The position numbers and the translations under genes are program-made. A DNA stretch of 64,000 nucleotides from Somniosus microcephalus (taxonomy: Eukaryota): assembly GCA_052327205.1 (NCBI GenBank), contig CM126224.1, forward strand, positions 29,760,001 to 29,824,000, written 5' to 3'. Shown piece after piece: positions 1-13,327 of the stretch. Position 1 is the stretch's first letter, and every line of letters starts with the position of its first letter. The notes below the pieces were generated by a model. It had not been told where the DNA came from. It saw nothing but the letters and a program-made list of their open reading frames with translations, and did no database searches.

Positions 1-1251
1 CTAACATACTGTATAGGAATAATACTTATTTTTAAAAAGGAAAAAAGCAGGCATTTTGAACTGTGCAAAAGCAGTCTGAACGTCCCATGTGCTGCTCAGC
101 TATTTACAGTAATGACTGCGACTGAACACCCAACTATCTCACTGACCTTTCAGCTAGCCAGTTAAAGCAACTAAGTGTAAAGTGAGCTCCCTCAGTAAAC
201 TAGTGACTTTTTGTTTAAAGTACCATAATTTACAACAATGTATCTCCTAGCATGGCAAACAGAACCTAAGCATTAAAAATATTGCTCAAACTGAGCTTTC
301 TTCTTTCAAAGTAATCTTTAAAATTACATTTTATCTTCCAGTATATTTAAACTGTCAGCAAGCTCAGTGTCTGACAGATAGATACACTAACCAGATGGTA
401 TTATACTCAACACCTGTCTTATAAACTAGAATATACATTGTTCTAATTTTAAATGGGCAAAATTTAACACTGTGCTTGCCATATTAGGAGAGCTATAAAC
501 CTGTCAATATACTAGCACGTTAATATTTAGAACACAGATGCTCAGTGCAGCAGCAAGGGGCTCAGAGGCTGGACTCACTTTGCAATAAAGTGATTAAGGT
601 ATGAATCAATGGGGTTGGATAATAACTGCATTACACATTTCACCTTCCTAGAGGTAACCAATATGGCATCAGATGACACCAACCTTCTGCACTCCATTCA
701 CTTACAGCTTGGGACTCTTTCATACCTTGCGCACCACCTGCTAAACTGGAGGCTTAGCATCAATAAAAGCATCCGATTAAGAAGTAAATATCAATGGGTT
801 CGATAATCCACATCATATCTTGTACACTTTGGTGGCAGGTGTGAATTGCATGGGGATTAGATAATCGACATAAGTTGACAGGATTTAGACTCCAATCTTC
901 AACTATTGGTCCCAATACAATCACAGGGAAAGGGTAAAATCCCGTGGCAGTTTCCATGGCTGCACACTAGGCACCTTGTATGTATAGCAAGTACATCAGT
1001 GCATATTCAAAGAAAATTCTGAAATTCTCCAACTTGCTCTATTAACAACATTTACGATTACTGCTATTTGAAATGCAGAATTAAAGGTGCCATATTCTCC
1101 AACGTATCACATAGGTACAGGATGAACTGCCAAGTTCTTGGTTGCAACATAATGCAATATTTATTCAAATGAGATTTAACTTTCTAAGAATATATTCATT
1201 TTCCAGCTAATATCGAAATCAAACAGAATTTTTATAAGAGAACAGCAGCTA

Positions 1252-1440
<189 letters not shown>

Positions 1441-2605
1441 TTATAAATCATCTTTAGAGTAACAATAGAGTTCTCTAAATTGATCCTTTAACTCTAACCC
1501 AAACCGTGTTGTTAAGTTTCCATGAGTCATCAACTATGAATACACTACATCCTAACTTAATATTCAACAAGCCCTGTAAATAAATGAGAGAAAAAATACT
1601 GCAATTTCAGAGTCAGCACTAAAACTCTGAATACAACTTTAACATTTTTATTTCCATGTCAAAGGATAAACATGCTGTTCTGCACAAAATACTCTTGAGC
1701 TTTAGCAGATATTATTCACCTCTTCATGGTATCAATAGGCAAGAAACAGATCTAAGTGAGAAAAGTGTGAAAGCTACACCCACTATCTGCTAAATTTATG
1801 TAGGGGTTGGGATTAATAACTTCTGGAAAACTACAAGACCTTTGTTAACCGATGGCATTTTCCAGATAAATAAATAAAGTTTAATGTGAATAAAGGAGCA
1901 GAAAAACAACAGGTTTTAATCCAGTTGGTTAGGTGATTAATGCCTTGTTTACATAGTCAAGATTTGACATTTCCTATCATTTGGACACTACAGAGCTCGT
2001 GAATTGTGCACTCCAAGCTCACACTGGTAAGAAGCATCTTTCCTGTTCTGAATTCTTAGGTGCTTTAAATCCCAGTATGAGTAACATACCCTCCATTTGC
2101 CCCCCATAATATTTCTGAAGTTGGTGATAAACTTAAAGCACCGCTACTGCCCTTGGAGGAAGGGATAAAAACAAAAACACATTCAATGCATGTCTTCAGT
2201 GGCAGCAATAAATGCTAGGCCTGTCAGTGGCAGGCAAAAGACGTGACTGCCAGCAAGTGACTTAGCTGCTCCCACCACCTCTGCACATTCCAAGAAAGTA
2301 GTTTCATTATCGCTGGCCCATGTGGACCTTTCCAAATCTCCAGGGATTGCAGCAGCACCCAAAAAGTGCACTTGCATTAAAATCAACCTAGCTATCGTAG
2401 AAATAACTGGCTTGCAATATAAATTAGGCAATTTTTGCAGCAGGCAGACTGGAAACTGGCACTGGAGAACTTACTTCACTGCAGTAAACTGATGAGTAGA
2501 AAGAAACATTAACTGAAGAATCTGAAGTAATAGATTCAATGGCAATTATATATTAAAACATGGATATCAGGTAGTTGGCTGTAGATACCATTGATTGTCT
2601 CTTAC

Positions 2606-2698
2606 CTCAAACCTTTCGACAGGATCTTCCTGTTGAGCCTGTTGTTCCCGCATTACCAGGTATTCCTTTTCGTATTTCTTAAGTTTTTTCTGGCTGAT
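2606..2698 (-). CDS. RABGAP1: RABGAP1 coding exon: ISQKKLKKYEKEYLVMREQQAQQEDPVERFE
   Basis: 93 bp, cag/gtaaga, phase 0-0; ISQKK and EQQAQQED are RABGAP1-type rather than RABGAP1L-type (VPTKK, ESQLQQED). Confidence 0.96.
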
Positions 2699-2924
2699 CT
2701 GTATATATGGACATTAATAAATGAAACATTTGCAAATTAAACAGCAGTAAATTTATTTTTCAGTTTATACTTTAGTAGTAACATGAAGCACTGATAGGAG
2801 AACATGTTATTTACCTAAAGAAATAAGTTCTCATCAGTGAGCACCTGTATAAAAATGGACTGTTTTTATAATTGGTGATCATTATATATATTTTAAATAA
2901 ATCAAGGTTACTAGTAGCTTGACT

Positions 2925-3260
2925 GATGGATCAGTAAGTAAATGCACTGTGTGGTCTACAGACATGTAGAATCAATCCCTGATCTGTGTTGAGCTCGCCA
3001 CTGATCCAGGGCCGCAGTAGAACTTGTTCAAGCAGCCTCACACCACGGGGGGGGGGGGGGGAATATTAGCTAGCTAGGGGTTGTCATCGGGAAACCTCCA
3101 CATATATGCAGAAAGTGCACGTACATAGGTGGACATATCGTGACAGGCTCCCACATTCAAATAGCTCACTGGCACTCACTGTCGTGGGTAAGTTGCACAA
3201 GGCGTGGTAGGACCATCACCACCAATTGGACTGTATTCCTGAGTCAACCCTTCAGCAAAG
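2925..3260 (+). mobile_element. Old SINE-like repeat, degraded
   Basis: Patchy similarity to 8895-9150 (gcctca..cc, aatagct motifs); family not named, boundaries approximate. Confidence 0.4.
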
Positions 3261-3801
3261 TACGAGTACAATGTGGGGGGTTGAAACACAACAAAAAACA
3301 CTGATGATAGTAATACAACACAATGGAACTTTAACAAAATAATTAGGAAGAAATACAAAGAACTTCCTGGGCACAACTCTTCAGAAAAAAAATTGCTTTC
3401 ACTTGTGTCCAAAGATTTCAGAGCGACTGTGTTTGCAATTACACCAGCATATCTATTAGTGAGATAAAAGAAAAAAAACCACAATGGGAATGACCTCAAA
3501 GTATCTGTTAAAGCAATCATGTCCAATCTGTAATCCTAAATAAAGTGGATTTAAAAAGAAACAAAAATACATTTACCAGCTTTTTATAAAATTTAATCCT
3601 GCACTGAACTGGGACTTAGAAAATTCATATTTATACCATGTGTTTTGCCAGAATAATTCAATGCTCTATCTAGTTGTGTACAGCTGAACATTTTTTCAAA
3701 AAATGCAATTGAATAAAATTCTTCTAAAAACATTTAAGTTTAGTTTAAGTGTTTGCTTCTGCACTGAATACCAAGCAGGTATCAAATGTTTACTTGATTA
3801 C

Positions 3802-3930
3802 CTTCATGCTGCAAGCCAGCTCCATCAGCTTTTTAGCATTTTCCTCCGAGCGATACCTTTTAGGAAGCTGAACACGGAAAAACTTTAAGGCCCCTTCAAA
3901 GTCTGTTAACAGAAGATCGTCTTTTGAGGT
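3802..3930 (-). CDS. RABGAP1: RABGAP1 coding exon: TSKDDLLLTDFEGALKFFRVQLPKRYRSEENAKKLMELACSMK
   Basis: 129 bp, cag/gtaatc, phase 0-0. Confidence 0.96.
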
Positions 3931-4666
3931 CTGCAGAAGAGATTTTAACAGATTTTAGTGCTATCTGAACAAGTCTGTGGAATTGACAATCAGCATTCAG
4001 TAAAATCTTGGCATATAAACCTTCCTGCACACTGCTGGGAGAGATGAAGTTTGTGCCAATGCATAGCTCAGATCGCTACTCTCATTCTAATCAGATTCTT
4101 TCATTAAATCAGGCCATCCTCACGTGAGCTGAAACACTGAACATGATTATACTGAAAGAATACTAAACAGACTTTTCTGGTGAGAAGCACCATCAGTATT
4201 ACCCAATTTTGTGCACAAATAAGGAAAAAGCATTTTAAAAGTATATTACAGAAAACATCTAAAATTGAATTATTCCCAAACTATGCTCATGAGAAAATTA
4301 AAAACTCTTTCTGAAATAGCAAATGCATATTACAATATAATAAAGTGTTCAAGTTACAATTCTGCTCTTGTTCATAATATGAGATGTAACTGGAGTATCT
4401 GAACAAGGTTTCGTTCAGAATAATTTAAAGTATGACTGAAAGCTCATCATAATAATAATAATAATGGCCTATATAGATTAATCAGGAGATCTTTAATGAT
4501 GGCTTACATCTAAATTCATATTTGCATGCTAATAACAAAGTGAAAACATTTACGAAGTAAGATAAACAATGACAATGTTTCCACTTTTGGTGGAGATAAA
4601 CACTGACAAATATAAACACCATCATTTACACCACAGTGAATGTGAAAGAAAAGTTGTGACTCTTAC

Positions 4667-4708
4667 CTTCAGTAAAGCAAGTGCAACATTGAAGATAACA
4701 CTTATCCC
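4667..4708 (-). CDS. RABGAP1: RABGAP1 short coding exon: GISVIFNVALALLK
   Basis: 42 bp, aag/gtaaga, phase 0-0; bridges LLLCE and TSKDD exactly. Confidence 0.94.
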
Positions 4709-4800
4709 CTTAAAAAAGTTACAAAAGTTTAAGTAAGCGTGCAAGAAAACATTTCCAAATTCATTTTTCACAGTCTACAAGTACATATTATGTAAACAAT

Positions 4801-4848
4801 TTCAAGAAAATTATTAACCATCTATTCAAGAAAATTATTAACCATCTA
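4801..4848. repeat. Perfect 24-bp tandem duplication
   Basis: ttcaagaaaattattaaccatcta x2. Confidence 0.9.
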
Positions 4849-6397
4849 TTGCTAACTTCTGCTTTGGTTTTAAATGCTCAGGAGCCCAAGATAAACCAGA
4901 CACAGCAGCTTAATTAAGCGTAGCTGATCTGCTACTCCTATGTAAAAGCAAATGCATTTTTATTTTTGATGCTGAAAGCTGAGGATTGACTGACTGGCGA
5001 GAACAAAACAGCACAATGGCCCACTGTGTTCGGCCATAATGGAACTACAGCAACAATTTTGACAAGGCGGCCTTAAGTTCAACAGCATTTCCATTTGCAT
5101 CAGGCAGCAATTCGCTCAATTCACAGATTGGCATATTCAATATTACAGGCAACAATACTGGTTAAATCCAAACAGATGTAGGGCCGTGAGTGCGTAGGCC
5201 AGGGCTTCCAATAGAGAGAGTGTTCAAATGTTGATGCATTTCTAGTTTGTTAAAATGTATTCTTTCATTTCTCAGGCCCCAAGCTTTTCAGTGAAAAGGA
5301 CGTTTGTTGAATTCCACACAAGACGTAATTAACATAATTTAATACAACATTCACAATTGCCATCTTTAGCCATGTTACTTTAGGGGAAAAAACATGACCG
5401 TAAAACAGCAGTCAAGATTATTATTGAAACAAAAATGTTCTTTCAACTATTTTGGTATTTTAAACAAACAAGATTCATGACCTGCTTCATCTACTGCATT
5501 AACTTGCACACAGGCTGCACTATTTTTTAAAGCAAATCAAGGAAGATTAAATTTGGAGCATGCAAGTTAATTTTTTTTTTCAGGGGTGGGGGGGGGGGGG
5601 GGGGGGGGGTTGTACTCGATAAAACATAACTTTTTGACACAAAGTCCCTGATCTGGATGCATGAAATTTTATAATGATGGCTTACATCTAGATTAATATT
5701 TGCATATTAATTCTTTTCTAAAAGAAAATGAAAACTTGGGCTAAAAGCTGTTTTTTTTACATAAATATGAAGAAGGGAGAGAAAAGATTATTCTGCCCAT
5801 TGAGGCTCATTCCTTTCCTGCTAGATCAACTTACTCAGTGTGACCAACTATATTTTGAACTTTGCTAACCTGATAAGATTTTCTTTATAATGTTTGAAAT
5901 AAGCTAACTAAAATAACCACTTTAAGTTTACTTTTCTAATCTTTCCTCATAGCTTATCCTCTTTACAGTTGGAATCATTCATATTACTCTTGTGCATTCA
6001 CATCCTACAATGCATTTATGCCCCCTTTGAAGCACTGTGCCCTAAACTGTACACAGTTCCAAGTGTGGTCTGACCAGTGCATTCCAAAGTCTCAAAGATT
6101 TGGTTGATTCACTGTTCTTGCCATTTAGCCCAACATTGTACTGTTTGTGGGTTTTTTTCCAAATTGCCACTCCATATTGTTTGCCTGCAAAACAACTTCA
6201 AAAGCAATTCATTTGCTATGAAGCAGTTTGGGACACCCGGAGGATGTGAAAGTTACTATAAGATACAAGTTTTTTTCTATCTTTAAAAGTAACAAGGCTA
6301 CTGTCACTTTCAAGTCTCTTTCTAGGTCTATGTTAACTCTATCCTCTTGCTCATTTTTTTTTTGCCTTAAATGCAATACCTATTTTCATACCCAATT

Positions 6398-7734
6398 GCA
6401 CTTGGAAAATAGTGACAGCACTTGGAAAACGGTGACAAGCACATGGAAAACAGTGACAGGATCGGACAAAGTCAACATGGATTTACAAAAGGTAAATCGT
6501 GCTTGACTAATCTACTGGAATTTTGAGGATGTAACTGGTAAAATAGATAAGGGAGAACCAGAAGGCTTTCGATAAGGTCCCGCATAAGACATTAGCGTGT
6601 AAAGTTAAGGCACATGGGATTGGGGGCAAGGTATTGACTTGGATAGAGAACTGGTTGGCAGACAGGAAGCAGAGTTGGAATAAACGGGTCTTTTTCCGAG
6701 TGGCAGGCAGTGACTAGTGGGGTACCGCAGGGATCGGTCCTAGGACCCCAGCTATTCACAATATATATTAATGGTCTAGACGAGGGAACTAGATGTAATA
6801 TCTCCAAGTTTGCAGGCGGCACAAAGCTGGGTGGGCGTTTGTGCTGTGAGGAGGATGCCGAGAAACTCCAGGATGATTTGGACAGGTTGGGTGATTGGGC
6901 AGATTCATGGCAGATGCAGTATAATGTGGATAAAGGTGAGGTTATCCACTTTGGTGGCAAAAACAGGAAGGCAGATTATAATCTGAACGGCAATAGATTG
7001 GGAGAAGGGGAAGTGCAACGAGACCTGGGTGTCCTTGTGCACCAGTCGCTGAAGGTAAGCATGCAGGTGCAGCAGGCGGTTAAGAAGGCAAATGGTATGT
7101 TGGCCTTCGTAGCGAGGGGGTTCGAGTACAGGAGCAAGGATGTCTTGCTGCAGTTGTACAGGACCTTGGTGAGACCACATCTTGAGTATTGTGTGCAGTT
7201 TTGGTCGCCTTATCTGAGGAAGGATGTTCTTGCCATGGAGGGAGTGCAGCGAAGATTCACCAGACTGATACCTGGGATGGCAGGAATGACATCTGAGGAG
7301 AGAATGGGTCGATTGGGCTTATATTCGCTGGAGTTTAGAAGAATGAGGGGATCTCATTGAAACTTATAAAATTCTGACAGGACTAGTCAGACTAGATGCA
7401 GGTAGGAAGTTCCCGACAGCCGGGGAGTCTAGAACCAGGGGTCACAGTCTAAAGATAAGGGGTAAGCCATTTAGGACAGAGATGAGGAATTTCTTCACCC
7501 AGAGAGTGGTGAACCTGTGGAATTCTCGACCACAGAAGGCAGTTGAGGCCAATTCATTAAATATATTCAAGAAGGAGTTAGATATATTTCTTAAGGCTAA
7601 AGGGATCAAGGGATATGGGGAGAAGGCAGGGACTGGGTACTGAATTTGGATGATCAGCCATGATCTCATTGAATGGTGGAGCAGGCTTGAGGGGCCGAAT
7701 GGCCTACTCCTGCTCCTATCTTCTATGTTTCTAT
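6398..7734 (+). mobile_element. CR1-clade LINE, 5'-truncated (RT plus 3' UTR)
   Basis: SQHGFTKGKSCLTNL, SGVPQGSVLGP, KFAGGTKL (decayed FADDTKL), RPHLEYCVQFWSP; ttctatgtttctat tail. Confidence 0.95.
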
Positions 7735-8392
7735 ATTGTTAATTGTATCCTACTACTATTCTCTATTTTAGTATTGCATGTAAACTTAATAAACTTACAA
7801 TTAGTTGTTGCATTAAGTTTGATATTAAACAATGGGGACATGTGTACTCCAACATCTTCCTTTGTCTAACACTAAAGCTCTCACTGGTGCTCTGTATCCT
7901 ATTATTTACCCAACTTCTTTTCTAGTCGCCCAATTTACCCTGCAACAGTTTGTAGTTTTACTTGAAGTCGAAATTCATGTAGGAGACGGTCAAAGGTTTT
8001 CTGAAAGTCCAAATAAACTATCATGGGGGAGTTCCACTCAATTTTATTTATAATACTCTGAAAGAAATTGAGATTTGTCAAAGAGGATCTTCTTCGGGCT
8101 GTTTATTGCGTTATTAAGCTACTACTGCATTAGTCCTTTGAATGATTTCTATTATTTTATCCAAGATTAATCTTGGGCTAACTGGTCTGCGTGATCAGAT
8201 TTTCTTTCCCTGTTGTGAACAAAGGTACGTTTGCTTGCTTCCAATGCTGTGCAACACCTTCACACAACAATTCTTCATCTGCAGTATAATAACTGCTAAA
8301 AAAGCTCACATGACTTAGAAATCCATTGCACAGATATTATTTCCCATAAGAAGTTGATGGTAACTGGTGCTTAATAAGTAACTGGTTTATGG

Positions 8393-8868
8393 ACATAGAA
8401 GATAGGAGCAGGAGTAGGCCATTCGGCCCCTCGAGCCTATTCCACCATTCAATGAGATCATGGCTGATCATCCCAATTCAGTACCCGGTTCCTGCCTTCT
8501 CCCCATATCCCTTGATCCCTTTAGCCTTAAGAAATATATCTAACTCCTTCTTGAATATATTTAATGAATTGGCCTCAACTGCCTTCTGTGGTAGAGAATT
8601 CTACAGGTTCACCACTCTGGGTGGTGAAGAAATTCCTCCTCATCTCTGTCCAAAATGGCTTACCCCTTATCCTTAGACTGTGACCCCTGGTTCTGGACTC
8701 CCCCGCCATCGGGAACATCCTTCCTGCATCTAGTCTGTCTAGTCCTGTTAGAATTTTATAAGTTTCAATGAGATCCCCTCTCATTCTTCTAAACTCCAGC
8801 GAGTATAAGCCCAATCGACCCAATCTCTCCTCATATGTCATTCCTGCCATCCCAGGTATCAGTCTGGT
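8393..8868 (-). mobile_element. CR1-clade LINE 3' fragment, same family as 6398-7734, opposite orientation
   Basis: GLYSLEFRRMRGDLIETYKIL; near-identical reverse complement of about 7260-7730. Confidence 0.95.
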
Positions 8869-8894
8869 AGGAGTAGGCAGCTAAGTTATTCTGA

Positions 8895-9150
8895 TCAGAC
8901 AAAGCCTCAGCACCCTGGGTTAAGGAGGGGAAATGTGGCCAGGTTTCTGGTTCTTGATCACTGCCCAGCAATTCCTGTTGAAAGCATGCACGGGCATGCG
9001 GCCCAGATCAGGCTCAGCTGTGATCCCTCCTGTGGTTAAATAGCTGCCAAAACTGAAAGCTCACACATGAACAGCCGCCACTTGGGCAAGGCACCGAAGG
9101 GTGTACAGTGTCCCAGCAACGAATCAGGAGTCTTCAGGAGAGGAAGAAGT
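8895..9150 (+). mobile_element. Old SINE-like repeat, degraded
   Basis: Patchy similarity to 2925-3260. Confidence 0.4.
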
Positions 9151-9714
9151 GGGGACAGGAAAATTGGCAAACAGGGTTTAACAGACTTTTGTCTATTGCC
9201 AAAGCACAGCAAGTACCTTTACACTTTATAAATGTTATTACTGTGGGACATTGAATTTACTGCTGTGCTGGTTGCATCATGGGCCTGTACTCGTCACTCC
9301 CAACACGCCATCCTTGCTGACCTATGCTGTCTTACAATCCCCCAACAAATTCAAAATCCTCAACCTCATCTACAAATCCCTGCACATTTAAATGCAAGTG
9401 TTGTTGCCAGCAGAATCGTATTGATATATTTCTCCATTACCCTGGTTACACTGCAGGGTCTCAACCAGTGCCGTTCCAAGATTTGGATTTTTTTTTCTAC
9501 AGGCCCTGCATACAATTTATTTGGGTGGCTGGAATAGGATTAGTGCATACTCATTCAGATAGATAGCAGGTGGTAGCAGCAGCAGCGAATAGGGCAGTCA
9601 AAATTGGGACAAAGGGAATCCAGTGGTACATCCATTTACAATTTATATGAATTTGCATTTTTATAGCACCTTTCACGACTTCAGGATGTCCCAATTTTTT
9701 TTTTTTTTTTTTTT

Positions 9715-9968
9715 AGTGCAGATAGAGGCCATTTCGGCCCATCGAGCCTGCACCGACACATGTCCCACCCGATCCCCGTAACCCCTACACCAACACATAT
9801 CCCACCCTATCCCCGTAACCCCACGTATTTAATCCCCCTAACACTAAGGGTCAATTTATCATAGCCAATCAACCTATCCCGCACATCTTTGGACTGTGGG
9901 AGGAAACCGGAGCACCCGGAGAAAACCCACGCAAACACGGGGAGAATGTGCAAACTCCACACAGACAG
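9715..9968 (-). mobile_element. HE1-like V-SINE, 5'-truncated, with A20 tail
   Basis: V-domain core (gggttttctccgggtgctccggtttcctcccacagtccaaagatgtgc on minus) and CR1-type tail; reverse complement of 34475-34820. Confidence 0.9.
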
Positions 9969-11539
9969 AATACATCTGAATCAGTGCAACATAAAATTTA
10001 AAACGGAGGTGGTTCTAGGGAAATCGGCATTGAATGTTAAAACGAGCTTTAGTCTGGAGGGACCTTCAACACCAGTATAATAAAGGATATATAATATACC
10101 TGTTCACACCAGAAGATCCCATTCAATATAAATCGATGAAAAACAAAGTGCTGTCCCATAGCCATTACACACTGCAATGTTAAATCCATTACTCAAAAAC
10201 AAAAGATCTCACTGACTGAGTGGACCTCAATCTATGCTGAAATCCTGCATTCTCAGAATAAGCACAAAATTTCTGGTGCTCAAATTAAATCTCTCTCTTA
10301 TTCCATCATAGAACTTGGGGGCTATGGACTTAATAGAAAAGGCAAGTGAACTAGAGAGAGTATACAACTTAATGTATATCACCCCACGCCAGGCGTGGAT
10401 GAATGGGGAAGCTGTCAATTGTAGTACAATACTTAATGACTGGTTTTCAAAATGATTTTTTAGTATAATAGCTATCTGGATAACTTAAATCTTTGGTCAC
10501 GGCTATTTGTGAACTGAATCTATCAAAAATGTAACCTCCTTTTTGCAAAGGACTACTCCCTTGAAACCACACCTCAGCTGAAATTTCAGATACCTAGAAT
10601 CTTAAAAGTATTTATAGCCTAGAAGTAATGTCTGTTTGACAAAAGTTAAAAATGTCAAACAAATCACCACTCTGTTTAAACATACCCTGTGATCAAAGGT
10701 ATATTATTCGGTACACTGAAACATACACAGACCTGATCAAACATTTCAGTAGCATCTCTGACCATCTAAATAAATTGGTTGTCCTAAACAGCGCCACCAT
10801 GTGGCTAATATAAAATTACAATTATTTTCATAATTGAATAGCAGATGAGAAAACTATTGTACAGTCTCGCTTAATGCTCTTTTGTTGCTGTACTTCAGAA
10901 AAAATCTGTACCTGCATGGCTCCCAAATAGAGAAATGCCCTACTGATAGTGTAGAGGTGCTTTTCATTCTTGGTATCACAATATGCGACTGTGCTCAGCC
11001 TAAGCCCACAAACAATTTTGACTGGTTTGTATTGGGGCACGCGAGGCACTGTATTTTTTTTACCCACAAAAAGAGTTTATGGATCTGAGTAAACATATTT
11101 TCATGTTTCAAGAACATTTTGGATGTTGACAATATTCTGATGGAGGTGAAAGGTGTGAAAGTACAAGTCATCACCATTAATCCGCAGCCTGTCTTCCCCA
11201 ATTATTTTTTGGACAAACGTTATTTTTTGACAACCAAATTTGATCCGTGCTCATTTGTGATTTTAACAGATGGTTACATTCTCCAACTCAATACAACCTA
11301 TTTATTCTCTGTCAGCACTGGACATTTTATCTCCTGTCTTTGCATGTTTTTTTAATTAGGTCTGTCTGGCAGTAGCTGATCAGCATCCCCAAAGGGGAAA
11401 CGTACAACTGAACCTTAAGTTAACCACCCCTTTAAACTCAACTGCTTTTTTTGAAAATTTCATTTCAAAATTACGTACATAAATGTTGCCCCATTCTCTC
11501 GACCACTCAGAAAACAGACATCAGAAACCCAAGCTACAA

Positions 11540-11935
11540 GGAGAGACTATTGAGGTGAGCTTGTTTACCCTAGAGAAGAATGAGGGGGGGACCTTATTAA
11601 GGTATTCAAGATTCTTAATGGCGTAGACCAGTTGAACCTATTTATCTTGGCCCCGAGAATGATCGCAAGAAGCGTGGGATGAAGCTCAGAAGAGGGAAGA
11701 TGAATTAACAAATTACTTGCAACTATTTCACACAAAAGGATAGTGAATGTTTGGAATAGACTGCCCAAGGAAGCAATCAAGGCTGATAACATCAGTAATT
11801 TTAAGAGGAAGTTAGACAGGCATTTGGCAAGAAAATCAATTGAAAGATACAGGAAACATTGAGTATACTCTGCTCTTGAAGCAGAGGGCCGATCAGATTC
11901 AACAAAAGGTTCCTGTACATTCCTATGTTCCTACT
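11540..11935 (+). mobile_element. Old CR1 3' fragment
   Basis: Decayed LFTLE-RR-RGDLI-VFKIL and FTQRIVNVWNRLP; cctatgttcct tail. Confidence 0.75.
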
Positions 11936-12526
11936 GTATTAAATCTATATTTCAGTATTTAATTCAACTTTTCCTTGTTGCATTGGGGAACCATGGAACA
12001 GCTGTGGCTGATATAGAGCACAAGTAGAGGATACAAAGGTATTTTTCAGAAATTGGAAAGATTTCTAGTGCACTTGAACCACGGTTTGTGGCCAGGATCA
12101 GTTGTAGCAAGTGAGGAGAATCACCTGTAGCTGAGCCATGACTGTCCAGCCACACAACAGCTGATTGACCCAACGTGCGAAGCCGTTTCTGGCGCACAAA
12201 TGGAGAGCACTCTCTAACTGAACCACTGTGCTAAATCAGTCACAGTCCTCTGGGTGGTCACGTAGCGACGTTCTAATGGGTTCTTAAAAAAAAAACAGCG
12301 CAGAAATGAGAGAAGGGAAAGAAATGCAAAAAAGAAAAGAACAAGCATCAAATTAAAAGTAGAGACAAATGAATGAAAGGAAGGACACAAGATCTTCATA
12401 AGCATTCTTGTGTACAATTTAATATAACTCAACCCCTGGTAAGATTTTTACAATCTTGTAATCAATAGTTCTTTTGGTAAATTAAACTTGATATCCTAAT
12501 GGTTCCACTTTAAAAAATACACTTAC

Positions 12527-12670
12527 CTCACAGAGTAGCAGGTCAATGATGTGGAAGACCATATAGAGTGGGAACTTAGCAGTGAACAGAGTAAGAAACC
12601 ACTGGGAGGCATACATGTGTGCTTCAAGACTGATATTTAAGAAGTGGTTGTACAAATCTGGAATGTACTC
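12527..12670 (-). CDS. RABGAP1: RABGAP1 TBC-domain exon: EYIPDLYNHFLNISLEAHMYASQWFLTLFTAKFPLYMVFHIIDLLLCE
   Basis: 144 bp, cag/gtaagt, phase 0-0; contains the TBC motif WFLTLF. Confidence 0.96.
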
Positions 12671-12944
12671 CTGAAAATAAAGACAACATTTATTAGTAGC
12701 ACAGTAAAAGACAGATCACTCGCCTTCAGATGTAGCAGTGACCATTCTTGAATATAGGTACACTCACTAAAAGTGCCCAACTCAGTACAGGAATATTAAA
12801 GAAGTTACTTGCCCTTTACAGCCATAAGTTATGAATTTGCCTTCCTGCTTTCTGTAAACACATTTATTTTGGTACTGTTGGCATCAGTCACACTGATGTG
12901 TAAACTGCACTGCGCAATTTTTGTTTATTTTTATGGAAGAAAAA

Positions 12945-13110
12945 GACGCATCGACAACCTCAGGACGCCTCAAAGTGCTTTACAACCAATGAAGTACTTT
13001 TGAAATGTAGTCACTGTTGTAATATAAGGAAACACGGCAGCCAGTTTGCGCACAGCAAGGTCCCACAAACAGAGATAATGACCAGGTCATCTGTTTTAGG
13101 TGTTGGTTGT
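12945..13110 (-). mobile_element. Deu-domain SINE fragment (SacSINE1/AmnSINE-like)
   Basis: gcaaggtcccacaaacag..ataatgaccaggtcatctgttttag resembles the recalled DeuSINE; related tails at about 6170-6270 (+) and 9650-9693 (-). Confidence 0.7.
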
Positions 13111-13327
13111 AGGTGTACAAGAAAAAAAAAGTAATCAGAGTACATTACAACAACAATCAAAAGTAAATACCAAGTTACGATGAAAAAAGTAATAAAAAGT
13201 TCAGGAATTCTCAAGTAGTAACAGGCGGTTAAATTTAGAAACAGAGGTCACAAAAACAGATCAGACCAAATTACTGTCCATGCTCATCAAGTTGAGGGGA
13301 ATAAGTACTGTCCCCTTGAGAAAGGCG

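Noticed and set aside
579-957. Possible alternative RABGAP1 exon (ATG ORFs and a GTGAGT donor at 573-578)
   Set aside because: No recognisable homology, and the open frame meets the donor in phase 2, incompatible with the phase-0 neighbours
5582-5609. G homopolymers (also about 3047-3061 and 60288-60299) as G-quadruplex elements
   Set aside because: Simple repeats of unreliable length with no functional evidence
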